Source: Acidothermus cellulolyticus 11B
GTDB taxonomy: Bacteria; Actinomycetota; Actinomycetes; Acidothermales; Acidothermaceae
Reading direction: 5' to 3'
Assembly (NCBI RefSeq): GCF_000015025.1
Contig: NC_008578.1
Span: forward strand, 840,001 to 872,000
Length of the DNA stretch: 32,000 nucleotides
Positions 17,619 to 28,060 of this stretch are shown here, piece by piece. The notes under the pieces are model-generated. The model had not been told where the DNA came from. It worked only from the letters and a program-made list of their open reading frames with translations, and ran no database searches. Position 1 is the stretch's first letter, and the number at the start of each line of letters is the position of its first letter. Position numbers and translations under genes: made by a program.

Positions 17619-18647
17619 GTGCCGGCTCCCGGTTCACGATCCAGGCGCTCGACCGCGCCGACCTCCGGTTCGGCCACGGTTGCCTCGTCACTCATTGTGA
17701 TCATCGGTGATGAGGAGTTTCTCGTCGACCGCGCTGTGCGCCGTCTCATCGATGAAACGGTGGGTTCCGATCGCGCCAGCGCCGACGTTCTTCAGGTCGA
17801 AGCCGCCGAGCTCGACGGCGGGCGGCTGGCCACGCTCGTTGCGCCGTCATTGTTCGCAGACCAGCGCGTCGTCGTCCTTCGGAATGCTGATGCGCTGAGC
17901 AAAGAATCCGCGGACGAGCTTCTCAGCCTCTGCCGCCGGGCGGTCGATGATCCGACGCTGCACGTCATCCTCACCCATCGGGGGAAAACCAACCGAGGGA
18001 AGACCGTTCTGGAGGACGTTCTCGGTCTTGGCGCCCGGCGGATCGACTGCCCCCGGCTGACCCGGACCGGGGAGCGCATCGACTTCGTGCGCGGCGAATT
18101 CGCTGCTCAGGGACGGAGCATTTCCGAAGACACGGCCCGTGCGCTCGTCGATGCAATCGGTGCCGACGTTGCCGAGCTCGCTGCCGCCTGCGCTCAGCTC
18201 GCCGCGGACACCACCGGGCGGATCACAGCCGACGTCGTGCGCCGCTATTTCCGCGGCCGCGCCGATGCGAGCGGTTTTGCCGTCGCCGACGCCATTCTGG
18301 ACGGCGAGCGCAGCGTCGCCTTGGAGCAGTTGCGCTGGGCGCTCGCAACCGGTACGGCCCCGGTACTGATCGTCGGTGCGGTAGCCCAGGGCTTGCGCGT
18401 GCTTGCTCGGGTCGGGTCAGCCGGCCGGGGCCGCCGGCCCGCCGATGTGGCGCGCGAGCTCGGTCTGCCTCCCTGGCGTGTCGACCGCGCCAGAGCGCAA
18501 TTGCGGCATTGGACGCCGACCGCGGTCGCCGCCGCCATTGTGGCGACCGGCGCCGCTGACCTCGCTGTCAAAGGCGGGGGAGTCAACCCGGCATTCGCCC
18601 TGGAGAAGATGATCGAAGATATCGACCGCGCGCGCGTGACCCGCTGA
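17619..18647 (+). CDS. holA: DNA polymerase III subunit delta
   Basis: The conserved comEC-holA-rpsT position, the length, and an N-terminus (LIVIIGDEEFLVDRAVRRL) typical of HolA support the call. The start is uncertain: GTG 17619 lies 5 nt after the comEC stop, and TTG 17595 is the track start. Confidence 0.75.
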   Translation: MPAPGSRSRRSTAPTSGSATVASSLIVIIGDEEFLVDRAVRRLIDETVGSDRASADVLQVEAAELDGGRLATLVAPSLFADQRVVVLRNADALSKESADELLSLCRRAVDDPTLHVILTHRGKTNRGKTVLEDVLGLGARRIDCPRLTRTGERIDFVRGEFAAQGRSISEDTARALVDAIGADVAELAAACAQLAADTTGRITADVVRRYFRGRADASGFAVADAILDGERSVALEQLRWALATGTAPVLIVGAVAQGLRVLARVGSAGRGRRPADVARELGLPPWRVDRARAQLRHWTPTAVAAAIVATGAADLAVKGGGVNPAFALEKMIEDIDRARVTR

Positions 18648-18715
18648 CGACCGTAGGGTGCGGTCCCGTTCTCGACCTTTGTCTGGGCGTGTTCTCGGCC
18701 TTGGCCCGGCCCGGT

Positions 18716-18751
18716 GTTCCGCCGCGACCCCGCGGTGCGTTCCGCCGCGAC
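18716..18751. repeat. 13-bp direct repeat GTTCCGCCGCGAC x2 (23-bp period)
   Basis: Copies at 18716-18728 and 18739-18751, in the convergent holA/rpsT spacer. Confidence 0.85.
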
Positions 18752-18793
18752 TCCTCGTCACCGTGGTCGGTGCTCGTCGCCGTCCGGCCAGGG

Positions 18794-19249
18794 TCACTCC
18801 GCGGCTTTGGCGGTCCCTTCGGTCGTTGTCGTGCGCCGGGCGGTTGTGCGCCGCGTCCCGGCCGCGGGACGAGTTGTCGCTCCTTGCGTCCCGGTCGACC
18901 GGGCGCGGGTGGTCGCTGACGACGTACGAGATCGGGCCGTGCCGCGCCGGGTCGCCTTGGGCTCCTCAGCGGGCGCGACCGGCGCGTGAGCCAACGCTGC
19001 AGCGCGTCGGGCGATCGCGGACTTCCGGTTCGCGGCCTGATTGCGGTGAATGACGCCCTTGCTGACCGCCTTGTCCAAGCTCCGGCACGCTCTGCGCATC
19101 AAGGCGATCGCCTCGTCGGTGCGGCCGGCGTCCGCCGCCTCACGGAACCGGCGGATCGCCGTCTTGAGCGCGGACTTCACCGCCTTGTTGCGCAGTCGCC
19201 GTCGTTCGTTCTGCCGGATACGCTTGATCTGCGACTTGATGTTTGCCAC
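18794..19249 (-). CDS. rpsT: 30S ribosomal protein bS20 with a long Thr/Arg/Ala-rich C-terminal extension
   Basis: GTG 19249 follows GAGG. The N-terminal ~88 aa ([35 protein letters not shown]...) form a canonical bS20. The ORF then continues for about 63 aa ([63 protein letters not shown]) before TGA. Confidence 0.85.
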   Translation of the reverse strand: MANIKSQIKRIRQNERRRLRNKAVKSALKTAIRRFREAADAGRTDEAIALMRRACRSLDKAVSKGVIHRNQAANRKSAIARRAAALAHAPVAPAEEPKATRRGTARSRTSSATTRARSTGTQGATTRPAAGTRRTTARRTTTTEGTAKAAE

Positions 19250-19281
19250 GCGACAGCCTCAATGATCTCGACGGATTCGGG

Positions 19282-19304
19282 TTGCGTGACCATGTGCCAC
19301 GCAA
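19282..19304 (-). other. 7-bp inverted repeat (TTGCGTG-N9-CACGCAA) in the rpsT upstream/leader region
   Basis: TTGCGTG at 19282-19288, loop ACCATGTGC, CACGCAA at 19298-19304. It lies 33-55 nt upstream of the rpsT GTG. Confidence 0.5.
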
Positions 19305-19356
19305 GCGACCAGCGTACCTGCATACCGCCTCCGCCCTCCACCCACCCTGGGAGTCA

Positions 19357-19444
19357 GCCGCCGCGGCCGGGACCATGGTTGCCGCCGCGGCCGGGACCAT
19401 GGTTGCCGCCGCGGCCGGGACCATGGTTGCCGCCGCGGCTGGGA
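19357..19444. repeat. perfect 24-bp tandem repeat GCCGCCGCGGCCGGGACCATGGTT, 3 identical copies plus a 16-nt partial
   Basis: Identical copies at 19357-19380, 19381-19404 and 19405-19428, with a partial copy at 19429-19444 (1 mismatch). Each unit carries the 8-bp palindromes GCCGCGGC and, across the unit junction, ACCATGGT. Confidence 0.95.
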
Positions 19445-19642
19445 GCCCAGGCCCGGGTCACCTGCGCCAGCCTGCGGTCGCCAGCCCACCGGCGATCGCC
19501 CCGCCGCTGCGGCGCCCCGGTGCTGCCCGGGTCGCCCTCAACCGCGACCGGCTGCCACGTGCGACGATGAAGACCGCGTAGCCCGCGCCGCTGCGACGCC
19601 AAACCGCGTAGCTCTGCCGCTACGAATCCGTGGAGATTGCCC

Positions 19643-21463
<1,821 letters not shown>

Positions 21464-21485
21464 ACGGGTTTCGAGGGAGCGGTTG

Positions 21486-22115
21486 ATGACGTCCGGCGGT
21501 CATGTCCTCTCGGTCAACACCGGGCGGATCCGCATGCTCCGCGATTTCCCCGACGTGGCGACCGCCATCGACAAGCGGCCGGTGGGGGACGCGGTCTTCG
21601 TCGGAGAACTCGGCGTCGACGGCGATGAGCAGGCGGATTCGAATCACGGGGGAGTGTTCCAGGCCGTTTACGCGTATGCGGTCGAAGACCTCAATTTCTT
21701 TGCGGCCGAGCTGGGACGGCGGTTGCATCCCGGCCAATTCGGCGAGAACCTGACGACCAACGGCGTCGATGTCAGCGGTGCACGGATCGGCGAGCGGTGG
21801 TCCATCGGCTCGGTGGTTCTCGAAGTGACGAAACCGCGGATTCCCTGCCGGACCTTCCAGATCTGGCTGGACGAGCCGCGCTGGGTCGCGAGGTTCACCG
21901 ACTACGGCCGGCCCGGCGCGTACCTGCGCGTCGTCCGCACCGGATGGCTCCGCACCGGAGACCCTATTCGGATTGAGCGCCCCGACCACGAATGGACGAT
22001 TGCGCGGGTCTTCCGCGCACTGACGACCGACCGGGCACTGCTGCCTGACCTTGCAGCCGACCCTGCGGTGCCGGAACAGCTGCGCACGGCAGCGGCGGCC
22101 CGGCTCGCCGGGTGA
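21486..22115 (+). CDS. MOSC domain-containing protein (YiiM-like)
   Basis: ATG 21486 lies 6 nt after GAGGGAG. The MOSC core is HGGVFQAVYAYAVEDL...GENLTTNGVDVSGARIGERWSIGSVVLEVTKPRIPC. Confidence 0.85.
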   Translation: MTSGGHVLSVNTGRIRMLRDFPDVATAIDKRPVGDAVFVGELGVDGDEQADSNHGGVFQAVYAYAVEDLNFFAAELGRRLHPGQFGENLTTNGVDVSGARIGERWSIGSVVLEVTKPRIPCRTFQIWLDEPRWVARFTDYGRPGAYLRVVRTGWLRTGDPIRIERPDHEWTIARVFRALTTDRALLPDLAADPAVPEQLRTAAAARLAG

Positions 22116-22141
22116 ACCGGCCGTCCGCCGTCCGCCGGCGG

Positions 22142-22498
22142 TTAGCGGGACGTCGATCGATGTGACGAGTCGCGCAGGGCGAGGCCGGCGTGCTCAATCG
22201 CCGCTTCGACCCGCAGCCGTTCAATATCCCGCGCAATTCCGCTGGTTTCGGCGAGACAGTGGCCGATCTGGAGGGCGTGGCACGTCTCGGCGAGCACCTG
22301 GTCGTACGCGGCCAACGTCGCTATCAGCTTGGTGGCCTTGCCGGGCAGCGGGTTCGGATCGGCGTACTGGTCGAGCAAAGTCCGCAGCCGCCGCAGCCGG
22401 GCGGCGAGCTCCTCAATGGGCGCACCGGACGGCGTGCGTGGGCGGTCCGGCGTACCGCATCGTCGTCGCACTCCCCACCGGCCGGTTTGATACCACAC
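22142..22498 (-). CDS. hypothetical small helical protein
   Basis: The minus frame has clearly higher GC3 than the overlapping plus-strand ORFs by hand count (about 83% against about 72%). It also has a natural Leu/Ala/Glu-rich helical composition. The start is uncertain: GTG 22498, GTG 22471 or an internal TTG. I recognise no motif. Confidence 0.45.
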   Translation of the reverse strand: MWYQTGRWGVRRRCGTPDRPRTPSGAPIEELAARLRRLRTLLDQYADPNPLPGKATKLIATLAAYDQVLAETCHALQIGHCLAETSGIARDIERLRVEAAIEHAGLALRDSSHRSTSR

Positions 22499-22599
22499 CG
22501 GACGACGTCGCCTCCCTTACCGTTGTCCTCGATTGTGCGCTCGGCGGCGCTCGATCGCACGGAGGAAGCGGAACCGCTCCGGACTACGATGTCCTTTAA

Positions 22600-23808
22600 G
22601 TGACCATGAAAACAGCGACAATAGCTGAACCCGCTGCGACGCTGGCGGCAATGGACGGCGCGTCGGTCAGCGGAGAGCAGTTCGGGATCTACGTCCATGT
22701 GCCATATTGCGCGGCACGTTGCGGCTACTGTGATTTCAACACCTACACCGCCGCCGAGCTCGGCGGCCATGCCAGCCGGCTGACATTTGTTCATGACGCA
22801 ATCGCCGAACTGCGGATGGCCCGTCGTTTCCTCAGCGGAGACGCGGTGGTGCAGACGGTTTTCTTCGGCGGCGGAACGCCGACACTTCTTCCCGCCGCGC
22901 ATCTGATCGAGATCCTCCGGGTCATCGACGGCGAATTCGGCCTCGCCGCCGGGGCGGAGGTGACGGTCGAAGCCAACCCGGAATCCGTGGATGCGGAAAT
23001 GCTGGCGCGTCTGGCGGCGGGCGGTTTCACCCGCATCAGCTTCGGCATGCAATCGGCCGTCCCGCGGATTCTTGCGCTCTTGGACCGGCGCCACACCCCC
23101 GGCACTCCGGAGCTGCGCGTCGCGCAGGCCTTCGCCGCGGGTTTTCAGCACGTGAACCTGGACCTGATTTACGGCACACCGACGGAATCTGACGCCGACT
23201 GGCGGCGGAGCCTGGAGGCCGCGGTTGCGGCCGGCCCCGACCACATCAGCGCGTATGCCTTGACGGTCGAGCCTGGGACGGCACTGGCTCGGCGGATCGC
23301 CCGCGGCGATCTTCCCGCCCCGGATGACGACGTCGCCGCCGATCGATACCGGTATGCCGACGAGTTCCTGTCGGCGATGGGTTATTCCTGGTACGAGATT
23401 TCCAATTGGGCCAGGCCGGGCGCCGAGTGCCGCCACAACCTCGGCTACTGGCGGGATGGTGTGTGGTGGGGCGTCGGGCCCGGCGCGCACAGTTTCATCG
23501 CCGGCCGCCGCTGGTGGAATGTCAAGCATCCGGCGGCATATGCCGAACGGCTTGCGGCCGGCGTCCTGCCGGTCGCCGGCGTTGAGGTGCTCTCCGACGC
23601 CGACCGACACGTCGAGGACGTCATGTTGCGGTTGCGACTGGCGGAGGGATTGCCGGCCGCGGCTCTCCGAGAAGGGGAGTACGCCGCCGCCGTTCGCGCC
23701 GCGGCCGACGGTTTGCTGGACGCCGATCGGCTCGCCGCCGGCCGCTGCGTCCTCACCCTCCGCGGTCGATTGCTTGCCGATACCGTCATTCGCGACATTC
23801 TGCACTGA
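22600..23808 (+). CDS. hemW: radical SAM heme chaperone HemW (HemN-like, oxygen-independent coproporphyrinogen oxidase family)
   Basis: Radical-SAM motif YVHVPYCAARCGYCDFNTY near the N-terminus and a HemN_C-like C-terminus. Start is GTG 22600 or ATG 22606; ATG 22651 is also possible. Confidence 0.9.
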   Translation: MTMKTATIAEPAATLAAMDGASVSGEQFGIYVHVPYCAARCGYCDFNTYTAAELGGHASRLTFVHDAIAELRMARRFLSGDAVVQTVFFGGGTPTLLPAAHLIEILRVIDGEFGLAAGAEVTVEANPESVDAEMLARLAAGGFTRISFGMQSAVPRILALLDRRHTPGTPELRVAQAFAAGFQHVNLDLIYGTPTESDADWRRSLEAAVAAGPDHISAYALTVEPGTALARRIARGDLPAPDDDVAADRYRYADEFLSAMGYSWYEISNWARPGAECRHNLGYWRDGVWWGVGPGAHSFIAGRRWWNVKHPAAYAERLAAGVLPVAGVEVLSDADRHVEDVMLRLRLAEGLPAAALREGEYAAAVRAAADGLLDADRLAAGRCVLTLRGRLLADTVIRDILH

Positions 23809-23938
23809 TGGCCCATGTCTTTTGCGTGAAGTGGTCCAACGGGCGGTTGGCGAAGTGTCCACATGTCCAGGACGGGTTTTCCATCGACCAACCGACTTGC
23901 GACGTAGTAGCGACATTGTCGGTTTACGTGTCGGCCGC

Positions 23939-24850
23939 GTGAACGAAGGTCTCCCAAGCCCAGGGGCGCCGTCACCATCAGGACCGCGCCGAGCGGCAGC
24001 GTATTTGCGGCGGCTGCTGACCGAACCGGGTCCATATCGGCGGCGTTGGCAGCAACACGCGCTGCGGTTGCGCGGGACACGGATAAACCAGGCGGCGGTC
24101 GCGCACGTCCTCGCCCGCCGGTTGTGGGAGGCCGGCGAACGTGACGAAGAACACGCGGATCTGCCCCGCGAACTCAAAGACCGGGTCGCCCGTGCGTTGC
24201 GCGGCGAGGTCCTCAGCCCGGCGACGCTCCGCCTTTTTATCGAGGCCTTCGATTTCACCGACACGGAAGCCGCCCGGCTCTGGCAGTTGCTCAGCGGACC
24301 CGACGCCGACACGCCCCGCGAGGCGGCGCGCGGCCGGCTTGCGCGCACCCTGCTGTGGAACGAGACCCTCTGGCTAGGGCCGGATGGTGCACCGCGGGAG
24401 CATCGGATGATTCACGTGCTCCAATCGCTGGTGGACGGCCTGGACAGCGAGATCTGGGTGGTCGACGCGGCGGCACAGCAGGTGGAGGTCGTGCACGGCG
24501 GGCGGCTCGTTGAGCTCGCCAGTACCGCGGCGCAGGAGTGCCGCGCGACCATCGAGTTTGACCATCCCCTGGGGAGCGGCGAGACGCTGCTCCTGGAATG
24601 CGTTGCCCGCTTCGCGTCCGGCCTGGACCGGCCGGTTGAATTCCGCCGCCGGGTCGACGAACGAGTGGAGAACCTGGAAATGCGCGTTCACTTCCATCCG
24701 GACCGGCTGCCTCGTCACGTGTGGTGGGTGGTGACGGGCGCCGGCATGTCCAGCCACCCCGAGACGGTTCTCCTGGACGCCGACCACGCCGTGTACCGTC
24801 GGCTCGCCCGGCTCGAGCACGCGACGGCGGGATTTCGGTGGCAGTGGTGA
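23939..24850 (+). CDS. hypothetical protein, possible HTH N-terminus plus uncharacterised C-terminal domain
   Basis: This is the part of track ORF 23324-24850 lying downstream of hemW, with good GC3. The N-terminal region (RINQAAVAHVLARRLWEAG) looks HTH-like. The C-terminal ~180 aa end in ...HATAGFRWQW. The start is uncertain (GTG 23939, TTG 23897 or TTG 24005). Confidence 0.6.
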   Translation: MNEGLPSPGAPSPSGPRRAAAYLRRLLTEPGPYRRRWQQHALRLRGTRINQAAVAHVLARRLWEAGERDEEHADLPRELKDRVARALRGEVLSPATLRLFIEAFDFTDTEAARLWQLLSGPDADTPREAARGRLARTLLWNETLWLGPDGAPREHRMIHVLQSLVDGLDSEIWVVDAAAQQVEVVHGGRLVELASTAAQECRATIEFDHPLGSGETLLLECVARFASGLDRPVEFRRRVDERVENLEMRVHFHPDRLPRHVWWVVTGAGMSSHPETVLLDADHAVYRRLARLEHATAGFRWQW

Positions 24851-24868
24851 CGTCCGATCCGCCGTAAA

Positions 24869-24895
24869 CTGGCACTCGACAACCCTGAGTGCCAA
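24869..24895. promoter_or_regulatory. CIRCE operator (HrcA binding site)
   Basis: CTGGCACTC-N9-GAGTGCCAA compared with the consensus TTAGCACTC-N9-GAGTGCTAA (15/18 matches; the arms are 8/9 self-complementary). It sits directly after a TAAACT -10-like hexamer (24865-24870) and 52 nt upstream of hrcA. Confidence 0.8.
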
Positions 24896-24946
24896 ACCCT
24901 GCGACCGCGCGGCAGGCCCGCGGTGGCTTCGCGGGAGGTGACGACC

Positions 24947-25966
24947 ATGCTCGATGAGCGCAAACTCGAAGTGCTGCGTGCCATCGTGGAAGACTTCGTC
25001 TCCACCAACGAGCCGGTGGGCTCGAAGGCGCTTGTCGAGCGCCACCACCTGAAGGTCTCTCCCGCGACCGTCCGCAATGACATGGCCGCCCTGGAAGACG
25101 AGGGGTACATCGTCCAGCCGCACACCAGCGCCGGGCGGGTGCCGACGAAGAAGGGGTACCGGCTCTTCGTCGACCGGCTGTCGACGATCAAACCGTTGTC
25201 GGTTGCCGAGCGGCGGGCCATCGAACACTTCCTCGCCGGTGCGGTCGACTTGGACGACGTCATCAGCCGGACCGTGCGGTTGTTGGCCCAGCTCACCCGC
25301 CAGGTTGCCGTCGTGCAGTATCCGACCCTGGACCGGTCCGCCGTCCGTCACCTTGAGCTCATCCGGTTGAGCGGTACCCGGGTGCTTCTCGTCGTCATCA
25401 CCGACACCGGCCGGGTCGAACAGCGCCAGATCGACCTGCCCGGCGAGTTGGAGGAAACCGATACCGCCGAGCTGCGGAATCGACTCAACGCGGCGATTGC
25501 CGGCAAACGGGTCGTCGACGTCCCGGATCTGCTTGCCACGTTTGCGGACGGGGAACCGCCAGCCCGGCGGTCAGCCGCCACGGCGATCGTCTCTGCGGTC
25601 CTCGACGCGCTCGTGATCCGCCGGGATGAACGGGTCGTCGTCGGCGGGGCGGCGAATTTGGCGCGCTTCCCCACGGACTTTCCGGAGTCCGTGCAGCCCG
25701 TGCTCGAGGCCCTCGAAGAGCAAGTCGTGCTGATCCGACTGCTCGGCGAGGCGACCCGGCCATCGGAGGTGTTGGTCCGGATCGGCGAGGAGGACGTCCA
25801 CGAGGGTCTGCGATCCACGGCGGTGGTCAGCTCCGCGTACGGTAGTAAGGGTCGGGCGTTGGCCAGCCTTGGGGTCGTCGGTCCCATGCGGATGGACTAC
25901 CCGACGACGATGGCCGCAGTCGCCGCGGTTGCGCGTTACGTGGGCCGCATTCTCGCCGAGAATTAG
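24947..25966 (+). CDS. hrcA: heat-inducible transcriptional repressor HrcA
   Basis: ATG 24947 lies 8 nt after GGGAGG. The N-terminus is [33 protein letters not shown]...[26 protein letters not shown]. Confidence 0.95.
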   Translation: MLDERKLEVLRAIVEDFVSTNEPVGSKALVERHHLKVSPATVRNDMAALEDEGYIVQPHTSAGRVPTKKGYRLFVDRLSTIKPLSVAERRAIEHFLAGAVDLDDVISRTVRLLAQLTRQVAVVQYPTLDRSAVRHLELIRLSGTRVLLVVITDTGRVEQRQIDLPGELEETDTAELRNRLNAAIAGKRVVDVPDLLATFADGEPPARRSAATAIVSAVLDALVIRRDERVVVGGAANLARFPTDFPESVQPVLEALEEQVVLIRLLGEATRPSEVLVRIGEEDVHEGLRSTAVVSSAYGSKGRALASLGVVGPMRMDYPTTMAAVAAVARYVGRILAEN

Positions 25967-26021
25967 CGTGCGCGGCGCGGTGTCGGAGCACGCGTTCGGA
26001 CCGGAAGGCGAAGGGTGAACG

Positions 26022-27155
26022 GTGGCTAAGGACCACTACGCCACTCTCGGGGTACGCCGCGACGCCACCCAGGAAGAGATCAAACGGGCGTATCGCCGTC
26101 TTGCCCGGCAGTTGCATCCGGACGTCAATCCCGATCCAGAGACCCAGGAGCGGTTCAAAGAGATCAATGCTGCCTATGAAGTGCTGTCGGATCCGGAGAA
26201 ACGCCGGATTTACGACATGGGCGGCGATCCGCTCTCCCCGAACGGCGGTTACGCCGGCGGGCCGTTCGGTGACTTCGGATTCGGCGGTCTCTCCGACTTG
26301 ATGGACGCCTTCTTTGGGACGGCGACCCGCGGTCCGCGGAGCCGGGTCCGGCGGGGCAGTGACGCGCTCATCCACGTGCAGGTCGACCTTGCGGACGTCA
26401 TCTTTGGTGCGACCCGGGAGGTAACGGTCGACACCGCCGTCGTCTGCCCGACCTGCACCGGCGCGGGGACAGCGCCCGGCACGCATCCGGACACCTGCCC
26501 GATGTGCCGCGGCCGCGGGGAAATCAGTCACGTCACCCGGTCTTTCCTCGGCCAGATGATGACCACCCGACCCTGCCCGCAATGCGGGGGTGTCGGCACG
26601 GTGATCCGTCATCCCTGCCCGGAGTGCGCCGGCGACGGCCGCATCCGGGCCCGGCGCACGTTGGAGGTCGTCATCCCACCGGGTGTCGAGCACGGTGTCC
26701 GGCTGCACCTCGCCGGTGAGGGCGAGGTGGGTCCCGGCGGAGGACCGGCCGGGGATCTGTACGTCGAGATCGAGGAGCGCCGTCACCCGGTTTTCCGGCG
26801 GGACGGGACCGACCTGCACGCCACCCTGCAGATTCCGATGACCGCCGCGGCGCTCGGGACCACACTGACCCTGGAAACCTTCGATGGGCCGGTGGAGATC
26901 GACGTCAAACCCGGCACTCAGTCGGGCACGGTCATCGTGCTCAAAGGCAGGGGCGTCCCGCGGCTCCGCGGTTCCGGGCGTGGCGACCTGCACGTGCACC
27001 TGGAGGTTCTCACCCCGACGAAATTGGACGCCGAACAAGAAGCGCTGCTGCGCAAGCTCGCCGCGTTGCGCGGCGAAGAAATCGTCGACGGTGCGTTCAA
27101 ATCCGACCAGCCGGGGTTCTTCTCCCGGATCCGGGATGCGTTCAACGGTCGCTGA
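26022..27155 (+). CDS. dnaJ: molecular chaperone DnaJ (hrcA-linked paralog)
   Basis: J-domain with HPD (LARQLHPDVN), a G/F region and four CxxCxGxG zinc-finger repeats (CPTCTGAG, CPMCRGRG, CPQCGGVG, CPECAGDG). Confidence 0.95.
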   Translation: MAKDHYATLGVRRDATQEEIKRAYRRLARQLHPDVNPDPETQERFKEINAAYEVLSDPEKRRIYDMGGDPLSPNGGYAGGPFGDFGFGGLSDLMDAFFGTATRGPRSRVRRGSDALIHVQVDLADVIFGATREVTVDTAVVCPTCTGAGTAPGTHPDTCPMCRGRGEISHVTRSFLGQMMTTRPCPQCGGVGTVIRHPCPECAGDGRIRARRTLEVVIPPGVEHGVRLHLAGEGEVGPGGGPAGDLYVEIEERRHPVFRRDGTDLHATLQIPMTAAALGTTLTLETFDGPVEIDVKPGTQSGTVIVLKGRGVPRLRGSGRGDLHVHLEVLTPTKLDAEQEALLRKLAALRGEEIVDGAFKSDQPGFFSRIRDAFNGR

Positions 27156-27200
27156 GCCGCCGGGGTGCGCCGGAGCCGCGCGGCGGCAGGAGTTCGCGGC

Positions 27201-27953
27201 GTGACGCCCGCGGTCTTCGTCGTTGATGCCGGCTTGCTCGCCGCGGCGGATGTCGGGACTGAGCTGGTTCTGGACGGCGCCGAGGGCCGGCACGCGACCA
27301 AGGTGCGCCGTCTTCGCCCGGGCGAGCAGGTGGACCTCGTCGACGGCACTGGGCTTCGCTGCGCGGGACGGGTGTCGCGTTCCGACGGCGGCAAGCTTGT
27401 CGTCCGGCTGACGGCACGCCTTGTCGAACCGGTCCCGCAACCGCAACTGATCGTCGTCCAGGCTCTGGTCAAAGGTGACGCGGCGGATGAAGCGGTCCGG
27501 ACGATGACCGAGGTCGGCGTCGATGGCATCGTGCCCTGGACAGCGGCTCGTTCGGTCGTCCGGTGGGACGCCGGCCGAGCCGCAGCCGCCCGTCACCGTT
27601 GGCAGCAGATCGCCCGCGAGGCGGGGAAACAAGCCCGCCGTGCCCGTTTCCCCGAGATCGCCGAGGTGGCGACGACCGCGGAAGTGTGCCGGCGGCTTCG
27701 CGGCGCAGCTCTTGGCATCGTCCTGCTGGAGACGGCATCGGAACGCGTGGGCGGTGTCACGGTGCCGCGTGCAGGCGACGTGGTCGTCGTCGTCGGACCG
27801 GAGGGCGGATTCCGGGACGACGAGGTCGACGCATTTCGTTCCGCCGGCGCGGTGTTCGTCCGGCTGGGTCCGACCGTCCTCCGGGCCGCGACCGCGGGAA
27901 CGGTCGCGGCGGGAATTCTGCTGTCCCGAACGGACCGCTGGCACGGCGACTGA
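27201..27953 (+). CDS. rsmE: 16S rRNA (uracil1498-N3)-methyltransferase
   Basis: GTG 27201 lies 8 nt after AGGAG (27188-27192). The RsmE core includes the VVVGPEGGF motif. Conserved position after dnaJ. Confidence 0.9.
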   Translation: MTPAVFVVDAGLLAAADVGTELVLDGAEGRHATKVRRLRPGEQVDLVDGTGLRCAGRVSRSDGGKLVVRLTARLVEPVPQPQLIVVQALVKGDAADEAVRTMTEVGVDGIVPWTAARSVVRWDAGRAAAARHRWQQIAREAGKQARRARFPEIAEVATTAEVCRRLRGAALGIVLLETASERVGGVTVPRAGDVVVVVGPEGGFRDDEVDAFRSAGAVFVRLGPTVLRAATAGTVAAGILLSRTDRWHGD

Positions 27954-28020
27954 CCGCTATCCCGAACGGACCGCTGGCACGGCGACTGACCGCTGTCCCG
28001 AACGGACCGCTGACACGCCA
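27923..28020. repeat. 36-bp tandem repeat (2.7 copies) that starts inside rsmE and duplicates its last 10 codons plus the stop codon
   Basis: Copy 1 at 27923-27958 contains the TGA at 27951-27953. Copy 2 at 27959-27994 is identical at 35/36 positions. A partial, diverged copy 3 is at 27995-28020. The unit is GTCCCGAACGGACCGCTGGCACGGCGACTGACCGCT. Confidence 0.95.
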
Positions 28021-28022
28021 CA

Positions 28023-28043
28023 GGCCGGAGCCGGCGTCCGGCC
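28023..28043 (+). terminator. GC-rich hairpin in the convergent spacer (7-bp stem GGCCGGA/TCCGGCC, 7-nt loop)
   Basis: GGCCGGA at 28023-28029, loop GCCGGCG, TCCGGCC at 28037-28043. There is no U-tract. It lies 70 nt downstream of the rsmE stop. Confidence 0.3.
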
Positions 28044-28060
28044 GCCCGGGACCGCTCGCC

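Noticed and set aside
19243-19581. ORFs reading through the 24-bp repeat as proline- or alanine-rich repeat proteins (18986-19570, 19243-19581 and 19259-19489).
   Set aside because: They are antisense to or overlap rpsT, and lack an RBS. Their repeat-derived sequence is explained by the DNA-level duplication in a promoter spacer.
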